A stretch of 64,000 bases of DNA from Azolla caroliniana (Eukaryota > Plantae > Polypodiophyta). The notes beneath the pieces are model-generated. The model was not told where the DNA came from, ran no database searches, and saw only the letters and a program-made list of their open reading frames with translations. Numbering within the stretch: the first letter of the stretch is position 1; the number at the start of each line of letters is the position of its first letter. The position numbers and the translations under genes are program-made. The DNA lies in contig JBHGNT010000015.1 in the NCBI GenBank assembly GCA_043228905.1, positions 3,596,001-3,660,000 on the forward strand. The letters are read 5' to 3'. Below are positions 26,801-37,300 of the stretch, piece by piece.

Positions 26801-27391
26801 TTTCTTTTGCCGCTTGCTGGAAAGCCTCTCGCTTCCTCAGCCGTTCAGCAAGTCTCCTTGCTCGCTCCGTAACCGGGTCATTCGTTGGTCGCGTCATCCA
26901 TTCCCGCCGATGTTCGCTACGCTTGTGCAGGAATTGTGGTCGCCAAAAACTGTGTTATTCCTTAGGGCCGGACAATGGCCTAACATAGGGTGTCTACGGA
27001 AGACACTTCACCAAAGGGGTGTTACGGCGAGATAACTTAAGACAACGATTAATCAGACTTAATTAGTTACTTAGCGCTATGGCATTAGACTTGATACACG
27101 CGTATGATAGAACAATTAGTACAGAACAGTAATCAATACTTAAAGATAAACAAGAAGCTCTATTAATTATCCGTCAAAGTTTTACATTGTAACCGTGCCT
27201 TTATATAGGTCACCGGTGCTGAGTACAAAACGGTGCCAACCGGCACCTATTCGGAACCGGTCCAGATCCAGATCGACATACCGATTCCGGTCCGTCTATT
27301 CACATCTTAAAAACCACTTAATTATAATTTATTCCGAATAAGCATTCCCTTTCACATTCTGGTCTTTAACTCTTTTGCCGGCTGGGTAACA
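23862..27391 (-). mobile_element. Non-autonomous LTR element F (3.5 kb) with a coiled-coil ORF
   Basis: LTRs 23862-24302 and 26953-27391 (TGTTA...TAACA). TSD GAGTT. Minus-strand PBS-like TGGCGACCAC (tRNA-Arg-like). TATA on the minus strand. No RT or IN motifs. Confidence 0.88.
24356..26897 (-). pseudogene. Broken ~850-codon ORF of element F: acidic/Pro-rich N-part, long coiled coil, Gln/Pro tail; function unknown
   Basis: Consecutive minus-strand ORFs 26271-26897, 26036-26254, 25583-25882 and 24728-25474 with E/K/Q/R heptad-like composition. Confidence 0.65.
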
Positions 27392-30377
27392 GAGTTATGC
27401 CTCCCAACTTGTTTCGGCTCGATACGGCGTATCGAGTTGTGGCCCCTAGGGCTAAAACTCGATACACGGGGACTTAACTCGTTACAGCGTAACGTGTTGT
27501 GGCTCCCAGGGCTAAAACTCGATACGGCGTAACGAGTTGGGTGTCTTAACTCGATACGCCGTATCAAGTTTTGGCTCCCAGTGCTAAAACTTAATACGCG
27601 GGGGCCTTAACTCGATACGCCGTATCGAGTTGGGGCTCCCACGACTTAAACTCGATACATCGTATCGAGTTGTGGGTCATAACACATATTAGACAAAAAA
27701 TAAGTAGTAAAATAGGTTCAACAATTCTAAATTAGGTCAAAATACGGTCAAATTGGGTCAATACAGTTGATATTTAGGTACTACTGGGGATACCAAAATC
27801 TTACTGATTTTAGTGTCTGATGGACTATGAGATGTTAAATATACATTTTCCTCTGTCCAGTCCCTAGGTTTCACATCCATAAGTATATTGGATTGCTAAT
27901 TTGACGTTCCAAACTACCAATCTGCATACTATATATAATTTGTCACCCCATAATTTGAGAGTTTATAGGTTTAGGTTCATCAGTTGTATTATTTTATGCA
28001 GGTCGGCTGACACTAAGGACAAGAGGCCACTCAGCCGAATTCGGATTAAGTATGAAAGCTCACCTCCATACAACACAAAGATCCTTGTTGTGACATATCC
28101 ACAAAAGGGAAAGAAACTCATGTTTGAAGACGAAGTCGTGAGGCAGCCATTTGACGAGGTTAGTCAGAAAACATCTGCCGCGGTTGGAGGAAGTGACGAC
28201 CAGTTAGATATAGACTTAACTGGATATGAGTGGGCAATGCAATATGTAGACTCGAAAAAGAAGGTAGTATTGTTAGTTACCAGACCGACTGGACGTGGTA
28301 TGCTTGCTCCAGATCGTGCATTTAGCTATGGCAAAATCTTGTGGCTGGACTATGGAGATGCGGACTCAACTAATTTGATTGTATTAGTCAACTGTACAAA
28401 AGGAGTCCGACAGATGATGGTCTCCGAAGACTACTTGTTGAAGGATTCATGCAGGCCAGAATCCTTCCGACATGCTATTGAGACAAGTACTAACTTAATA
28501 ACAACACTAAGGCCATATATTCAAGGTCATGTTAATTTGAAGACAACCTCCTTATCACCCAAAAAAGCACCAATAAGGAAATCTGCGGTGCAGTCCAGGC
28601 CCTCAAAAAAGAAGGTGACGAGAATGTCAAATTCTAAGTCATCGAGTTCAACAGAGGATGAAGAGGCTCAAGCTACACCAGGAGCAAAGCTGGCATCTGG
28701 TGTGTTCTCATCAGAACAAAATAAAATTAGAAGGGACTTAATACATAGAAAACTTGTGCGGAAGGGGCAAGTTTTTAACCTTCCAATAACCCATATTCAT
28801 CGCCCCCTAGTGGATGAGAATACAGGACGTCACCGTTTGGAGATCAGGGAACCACATAAGTTGCACGTCCAAAATTTAAAGAAGAAGATGAAAATCAACC
28901 CGCATGCAATGGTCATGCCTTTTATTGTAATGGTGGATCCTCTCGGGTGCTCTCAGCTAAAGGATTTTGATATTAAGAAGCACGACCAATACAATTATTT
29001 TGTGATTGGAAGATCTCACTCGGCGGAGGCCAGACGACAATTAGTCCTCGAGCATCCCACAACGTTCTTCTTCAAATATGCGGAATGCCAAATTTATGTG
29101 GGGTTAACAACTAAGGAGGCGAAGTTGTTAACATGGGACCACAATAACGACAATGACTATCGGTAGAAGATGTCCTCCATCGAACGCATTAGATTTTTTC
29201 ACCACGAGTACCTCGACGGGAAAACCAAATATGGAGCGAAATTATATCCAGCTCTACGATGTCAATGTCTCCACGAAGTGGGAATTGTGGTGGACGATGC
29301 GGTGAAGTATGATGGAATCAGAAAGTATGAGCCGTGGTTTCAACTCGCATTTAGGGATGGAGGAGTCTGGGAACTCCAAGATCAAATATTTAAGATGTGG
29401 GAGAATAAGGAAGTGAAGGGTTAAAGACAGAAGAAGTCGAAAGTTGACCCTCAATTAGAATTGAAGAGCTCAGCTGCGAAGAAGATAGAGCTTACCATTG
29501 AGGAAGCGGCAGATGATATGAAGTTGTCTTTATGGAGGGCAATGCAAGGGATCAAAGATGAGCAACTTCTTATATCCGTGCTTTCAAGAGTTTTAGCGAA
29601 GGATCTGAGCCTAGAGGAAATGGTTACGGAGTTCAACAAGTAAGGTCTTACTAAAGTTTTTATGGTTTATATTGTTTTAAGAAATGAATTTTTAATGTTG
29701 GTTTATAAATTTTCAGCCACAAAGTCTATATGAAAATACAAGAAGTGTTGACGGGAAACAAACGCTCGTTATGCGCAACGCTCAGCCTCAATCAAGCTTA
29801 GAATCATACACAGAAAACGGGAAAGGTGAAGACACAACACAAAGGAGAGAAAAGTACACAGGATGTTTACGTGAAAAAACCCAAACTAAGGGAAAAAACC
29901 ACGGCAGCCCACAGGCTGCAAACTATCACTATGTTAGAATGTACAACAGTGAGTTCACGGAGGCAACGACCTCGTGCTCACGATCTTCGCCACAGGTGGC
30001 GGTTACAACAGAGGCAACGACCTCTTCCTCTCTCTCTCACTCTCTGTACACAGTTACACACACTCTCTTCTTACGCCAACAAGAATGACAACAACTAACA
30101 AAAGTTTGCCCTAAGTCATATTTATACTAATATGACTTTTCGGCTATTTACAAATATAGCCTCGATGGACTCTCAGAAACATATTTACGAATATGTCTCT
30201 TCATCCGGTGAGCACTCCTCACCGGGTCTTCACCATCCGGCTCTCTGTAGCCGGGTACTCCTCATCCGGTTCTCACTGGGTCTGCACCATCCGGTTCTCC
30301 GTAGCCGGGTACTCCTCATCCGGTTCTCACCGGGTCTTCACCATCCGGAGGGACCTGTCTCCCAACAAACTCCCCCT

Positions 30378-33300
30378 TCACTCCGGCATGGGGAGTCTTA
30401 CTAGTCCGATCCGCTTCCTGCATGCATCCAGCTTGTCGGGTATCAGCACATTGGTCAGCATATTTGACCCGTTCTCGGCCGTGTGGATCTTCGTCAGCGC
30501 GAACTCTTGGTCATCTACTCTTTCCCGGATCCAGTGATACCTTCGCTGGATATGCTTCGTCCGGGAATGGTAGGCCGCATTCTTAGCAAGGTGGATGGCA
30601 CTTTGACTGTCGCAATAGAGCCGATATTCATCTTGCCGGATACCGAGCTCTCCGATGAAGTCCTTCAATCATAATATTTCCTTGTCGGCTTCCACAGCCG
30701 CCATGTACTCCGCCTCCGTGGTTGACAATGCAACCGTCTTCTACAGCCTCGACTGCCACGATACAGCTCCCCCTGCATATGTCATTACATACCCGGATGT
30801 AGACTGACTGGTATCCACATTAGCCGACATGTCCGAATCGGTGAAACCGTCAAGTTGAGGTTTTCCGGAGCCGAATCGGAGACACATATTTGAAGTGCCC
30901 TTCAAGTACCGGAGTATCCATTTGACCGCGTTCCAGTGCTCCTTGTTGGGATTGCTCATAAACCGGCTCACCACTCCGACTGCGTATCCTATATCCGGGT
31001 GGGTACAAACCATTGCGTATATTAAGCTTCCAACGGCAGAGGCATATGGAATCTTCATCATATCCGCTTTCTTTGCTTTCGTCTTCGGGCTTTGCTTACC
31101 GGATAACCTGCAGTTTGCCGGAAGTGTCGATCCGACCGGTTTCGCATCTGACATGATGAACCGCTGAAGCACCTTTGTCACGTACTTCTCTTGTAACAGC
31201 CACAATTGCTTTATTGACCGGTTCCGGATGATATGCATCCCCAGCATCTGTCTTGCCGGACCCAAGTCTTTCATTGAGAAGGTCCGGTTGAGAGCCTTCT
31301 TCAGCATCTGTATTTTGGCTTGGTCCCGTCAAACAATCAACATGTCGTCCACGTACAGAAGGAGTATCAGGAAGTCGCCTCCTTCGAACTTCTTCACAAA
31401 CACGCAATGATCGGCCTGCATCTTGTGGTACCCTTGATCAGTCATGAAGGAGTCGAAATTCCGGTACCGTTGTCAGGGAGCTTGCTTCAGTCCGTACAGG
31501 CTCTTCTTCAACCGGCATACCAGGTGCTCCTTCCCTTTCTCCACGAATCTTTCCAGTTGCTGCATGTAGATCTCCTCTTCGAGGTCGCCGTGAAGGAATG
31601 AAGTCTTCACGTCCAACTGCTCTACCTTGAGGTCCATGCTTGCCGCTATACTCAGCACCGTCCAGATGAAGGTCATCTTTATTACCGGGGCAAATATCTC
31701 ATCGAAGTCCACGCCCTTCTTCTTTTGGAACCCCTTCACCATGATCCTGGCTTTGTATCTTGGGGGGTTGCCAGCAACTCCCGGTTTCAACTTGTACACC
31801 CACTTATTTTGGAGTGCCTACTTTCCTTTTGGCAACTCCACCAATTCGTACGTATGGTTCTCATGCAGGGAATCCATCTCGTCCTGCATGGCACTTAACC
31901 ATTTTCGGCTGTGGGTGTCATCCTTCGCTTCTTCGAAGCTTTATGGATCCCCCTCATCGGTTAACACCACATGCTTTGCATCCGAAAATCTCCGGGGGGC
32001 GCTTCTCTCTCTAAGAGGATATCTTCGTCTCTAGGCTTCGGTAACCGGCTCCTCTATTTGCTCTTCATCCGAATCCCATTCGGGGTCTTGGCCGGTTCCG
32101 ATTTCAGCTTCCTCTACTTCTTCTTCTGCCGGTTCGGTACCCTCACCGTAACCGGCTGGTTCCTCGAGTGCTAACCGGTCTCTTGCCGGTTGGGTCTGCT
32201 CATCGTAGAATCGATCCTTACCGGTCAACTCGGTGTTCATTACCTTCTTCTCCGACTCCAAGTCGGCGAGCGTCTCTTCCTCCATGAAGATAATATCTCG
32301 ACTTCGGAATACCTTCTTGTCGACCAGGTCCCACACTCGGTAGCCGAACTCATCGTCGCCATAACCAAGGAATATGCATGGCCGGGTCTTTGGATTTAAC
32401 TTTCCTCTCCAGTCCTTAGCTACATGCACGTATGTGAGACACCCGAATACTTTCAGATGCCAGTAGGACACTTCCTTACCGGTCCAGACTCTTTGTGGAA
32501 TGTCTCCATCCAAGGGTACTGAGGGTGATCTGTTTATCACATATGTCGCCGTCGACAGTGCCTCAGCCCAAAACTTCTTGGGTAGTTTTGCATGCGCTAG
32601 CATACTCCGGACCCTCTCCATTATGGTCCGGTTCATCCTCTCGGCCAGCCCGTTTAGTTCCGGCGTCTTCGGCACTGTAAATTCGAGCCGGATTCCCTTT
32701 GAGCGACAGTACTCCTCGAACTGCCCCCGGTATTCACCTCCGTTATTTGCTCGAACCGCCTTCAGCTTCCGACCGGTTTCTCTTTCCACGCTCGCGTGGA
32801 GCTCTTTGAAGACGGATAGCACCTGATCCTTCGTCTTCAATGGTGTGGCCCACAGCTTCCGGCTGTGGTCATCTATGAACGTCACGAAGTATTGCGATCC
32901 TGCATGTGACTTCGTGTCCACTTGACATACATCCGTATGCACCAACTCCAGTGGCGCATTACGTCTCATCGTTGGCCTTGATCGGAAGGAGGTCCGGTTT
33001 TGTTTACCGGCCAGACAATCAGTGCACTTCTCCAAGTGCATGTTCTTCACTGGATTGAGGTTGTCGTCTGCAAGCCTCTTCATCCCCTTCTCGCTCATGT
33101 GACACAGCCTTTTGTGCCACAGCTGACCGGCAGTGTCGGATGCCACGTTCACTTCCTCCAGACATAATCGGGCATTCATAAGGTACAGAGTGTTGACCTT
33201 CCGGGCCCGAGCCACAATCAAGCTCCCCCTACTGAACTTCATGACACCGTTCCGAATGCTACCCGTGTAGCCTTCATCATCTAGCCGACTGGCTGATATC

Positions 33301-34394
33301 AGGTTCAATCGAACCTCCGGAACGTGTCGAACATCCTTCAGCAACAACTTGCATCCGGTTGGTGTTGACAGCCACACGTCTCCTATGCCGACAATTCGGC
33401 ATGTACCTTCATTTCCCATCCGGACAGAGCCGTGATCACCGGCTGAGTAGGATGAGAAGCATTTCCGGTCCGGGGTAAGGTGGAACGACGCTCCGGAGTC
33501 TACCACCCAGGTCATCTCGTCGCCGGCAAGGTTTATCTCACTCTCCTCGATGATGAGCATCAACTCTTCTTTACTTGCCGCGATTGCCGTCGTTCCCTTC
33601 CGTTCCGGGGTCCGCTTCGAATCGGTATCGTCGGTCTCCTTATCTTTTCGGAAATGCCGACAGTTCTTCTGGAAGTGTCCCGGCTTGCCGCAATAGAAGC
33701 AAGTAGGCCTCCCTCTTGACTTTGACCGTGTCCCCGACTTCTCCCGGTTCTGGGGACTACGGTTTCTATGTCTTCCGCGTTCCAATTCGGTAAGGAGCGC
33801 TTTGGAGTCGGAGCTCTTATCCTTATCTTTCCGACGCGCCTCCTCATCCAGCAAGCTCAACTTCACTCTTGCTAGGGATAACCGTTTTCCTTCCGGCCCG
33901 GCGTTGCCCAAAGTGACAACCAACGTCTCCCAGCTATCCGGGAGGGAACCAAGCAGGAGCAGTGCTAGTACCTTGTCGACGAGAGGTACTTCCAATGACG
34001 TTGCCTAGTTTATCAGCCCCTGGAAGGCATTCATGTGCTCCGCCATGCTGGAGCCATCTTGGTACCGGAGTCTTACTAGCTTCCGGAATACCGAAACCTG
34101 ATTAACAGCATTTTTGTTTTGAAACATAATGCCGATCTTCTCCCGGAGCTCATGAGCCTTGCTCTCTTCATTGAAGTTGTTGTATAGGCTCATGTCGATG
34201 AAACACCGTATGTACGCCGTTTTCTTCATGTGCATCACCTCGCATATCGTGGCGTCGATTTTGTCCGGTCTCTTGTCCCCAAACTGAACCGGTAGCCAAA
34301 GATCTTTAACCACGAGCATGTCCCTCATCTTCGACTTCCATACCGAATAGTTGGAGCCGGTAAGCTTGAACATGCCTCCCAACGAATCGTCCAT
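30378..34394 (-). pseudogene. Copia D gag-pol with stops and frameshifts
   Basis: CFYCGKPGHFQKNC, VVDSGAS and IN/RT/RH motifs in several ORF pieces. Confidence 0.92.
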
Positions 34395-34396
34395 TT

Positions 34397-37300
34397 TGTC
34401 GTAATTCCGTGCTCGGCCACAACCGAGGAACAGGATCGATTCACAGAAAACGGAAATACAACAATGCACGAAAAACAATAGAGAGAAGGGTACACTGGAT
34501 GTTTTTCGTGGAAAACCCTAAATGGGAAAAACCACGGGAGTGCAAGACTCCAACTATCACTATACGCGGGAATGTACAATGGCGAGCTGCAAGGCGACGA
34601 CCTTGAGCTCGCTGTCCTCGCCACAGGCGGCGGTATTACACAGAGGCGTCGACCTCTTCCTTCCTCTTTCTCTCTCACTCTCTCTCGGCTGCTCTCACTT
34701 CGCTCCCTCTTAGTGGAAAACAGAAAAATGAGCAACAACAACAAACTGTTTGCCCTAAGTCATATTTATACACATATGACTTTCGGGCTATTTACAAATA
34801 TAGCCTCAAGGGCTCTTGGCAAACATATTCACAAATATGTCCCCGCATCCGGATCTCCCTCCGGGTACATTCGTCATCCGGCTCCGTAACCGGGGTCTTC
34901 AGCATCCGGCACCGTAGCCGGGGTCTTCATCATCCGGCACCGTAGCCGGGGTCTTCATCGTCCGGCTCCGTAGCCGGGGTCTTCATCATCCGGCTCCATA
35001 ACCGCAACCGGGCTTGCCGTCATTCATCTCCGGACATCCCATCCGGAGGGACCGAAATCCCAACAAACTCCCCCTTCACTTCGGCATGGGATGTCTCTCC
35101 AATCCGACCCTCTTCCGGCACGCTTCCAGCTTGTCGGGTGTGAGTACTTTGGTCAGCATATCTGACCCGTTCTCTTCCGTGTGGATCTTCGTCAGCATGA
35201 ACTCCTGGTCTTCTATCCTTTCCCGGATCCAGTGATATCTTCGCTGGATGTGCTTCGTCCGGGAGTGATAGGCCGCGTTCTTCGCAAGGTGGATGGCACT
35301 CTGACTGTCGCAGTAGAGTCGGTACTCCTCTTGTCGGATACCGAGCTCTCTAATGAAGTCCTTCATCCATATTATTTCCTTGCCGGCTTCAACAGCCGCC
35401 ATGTACTCCGCCTCCGTGGTTGACAACGCAACCGTCTTCTGCAGCCTCGACTGCCACGAAACAGCTCCCCCTGCATACGTCATCGCATACCCTGATGTGG
35501 ACCGGCTGGTATCTTCATCAGCCGACATATCCGAATCGGTAAAGCCGTCGAGTTCGGGCTTACCGGAGCCGAATCGGAGGCACACGTTTGCCGTGCCCTT
35601 TAGGTATCGGAGTATCCACTTGACCGCGTTCCAGTGCTCTTTGCCGGGATTGCTCATGTACCGGCTCACCACTCCAACTGCATATCCTATGTCCGGTCTT
35701 GTACACACCATTGCGTACATCAAGCTTCCGACGGCAGAGGCATATGGTACTTTCATCATGTCCTCCTTCTCAGCCTTTGTCTTGGGGCTTTGCTTGCTGG
35801 ACAACTTGCAGTTTGCCGGGAGGGTTGACCCGACCGGTCTTGCTTCCGACATGTTGAACCGGTGAAGCACCTTTGTCACGTACTTCTCCTGTGACAGCCA
35901 CAACTGCTTCTTCTTCCGGTCCCGAATGATGTGCATCCCTAATATTTGCCTCGCCGGACCCAGGTCCTTCATTGAGAAGGTTCGGTGAAGAGCCTTCTTC
36001 AGCATCCGTATCTTGACCTGGTCCCATCCGACGATCAACATGTCGTCCACGTACAGGAGGAGTATTAGAGAGTCTCCTCCTTCGAACTTCTTCACAAACA
36101 CGCAGTGATCGGACTGCGTTTTGTGGTACCCTTCGTCGGTCATGAAGGAGTCGAACTTCCGGTACCATTGCCGGGGAGCCTGCTTCAGTCCGTAAAGGCT
36201 CTTCTTCAACCGGCATACCAGGTGCTCCTTCCCTTCCTTCTCGAATCCTTCCGGTTGCTGCATGTAGATCTCTTCTTCGAGGTCACCGTGAAGGAATGCC
36301 GTCTTCACGTCCATCTGTTCTACCTCGAGGTCCATGCTTGCCGCTATGCTCAGCACCGTCCGGATGGAGGTCATCTTCACTACCGGGGCAAATATCTCGT
36401 CGAAGTCGACGCCCTTCTTTTGCTGAAACCCCTTCACCACGATCCTGGCTTTGTATCTCGGGGGGTTTCCGGCATCTCCCGGTTTCAGCTTGAACACCCA
36501 CTTGTTTCGAAGTGCCCGCTTTCCTTTCGGCAACTCCACGAGTTCATATGTGTGGTTCTCATGCAGGGAATCCATCTCGTCCTGCATGGCACTCAACCAC
36601 CTGCGGCTCTGGGTGTCATGCTTTGCTTCTTCAAAGCTCTCCGGCTCCCCCTCGTCGGTTAGCAGCACGTGCTCTGGTTCCGAAAATCTCCGGGGGGCCC
36701 TTCTCTCTCTTAGAGGATATCTCCGTTCCGGAGCTTCGGTAACCGGTTCTTCCGATTCTTCTTCATCCGAATCCATTTCGGGATCGGGGCCGGTTCCGGT
36801 ATCGTTTTCATCTTCTTCGGTCGGTTCTGTTTCTTCACCGTCTTCGGCCGGATCCTCGAGTGCTAACCGGTCCCTTGCCGGTCGGGACTGCTCCTCGTAG
36901 AGTTGATCCTCACCGGTCGACTTGGAGCTCTTCACCTTCTTCTCCGACTCCCAGTCGGCGAGTGTCTTGTCCTCCATGAAGATGATGTCTCGACTCCTGA
37001 ATATCTTCTTGTCGACCGGGTCCCATACTCGGTAGCCGAACTCGTCATCGCCGTAACCGAGGAATATGCATGGCCGGGTCTTTGGATCTAGCTTTCCTCT
37101 CCGGTCCTTTGCCACATGCACGTATGCGAGACACCCGAACACCTTCAGATGCCGGTAGGACACTTCCTTACCGGTCCACACTCTCTGCGGCGTGTCTCCG
37201 TCCAAAGGTACTGAGGGTGATCTATTTATCACGTATGTCGCCGTCGACATCGCCTCAGCCCAAAACCCCTTGGGCAATTTCGCATGCGCTAGCATACTCC

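Larger units (their letters stand above)
23768..27671. repeat. Palindrome array of the outer copy (23768-23861 and 27392-27671), split by LTR element F
   Basis: About 9 full and 2 half copies of AACTCGATACGNCGTATCGAGTT, separated by 8-19 bp spacers such as gtggctcccagggctaa. Confidence 0.9.
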
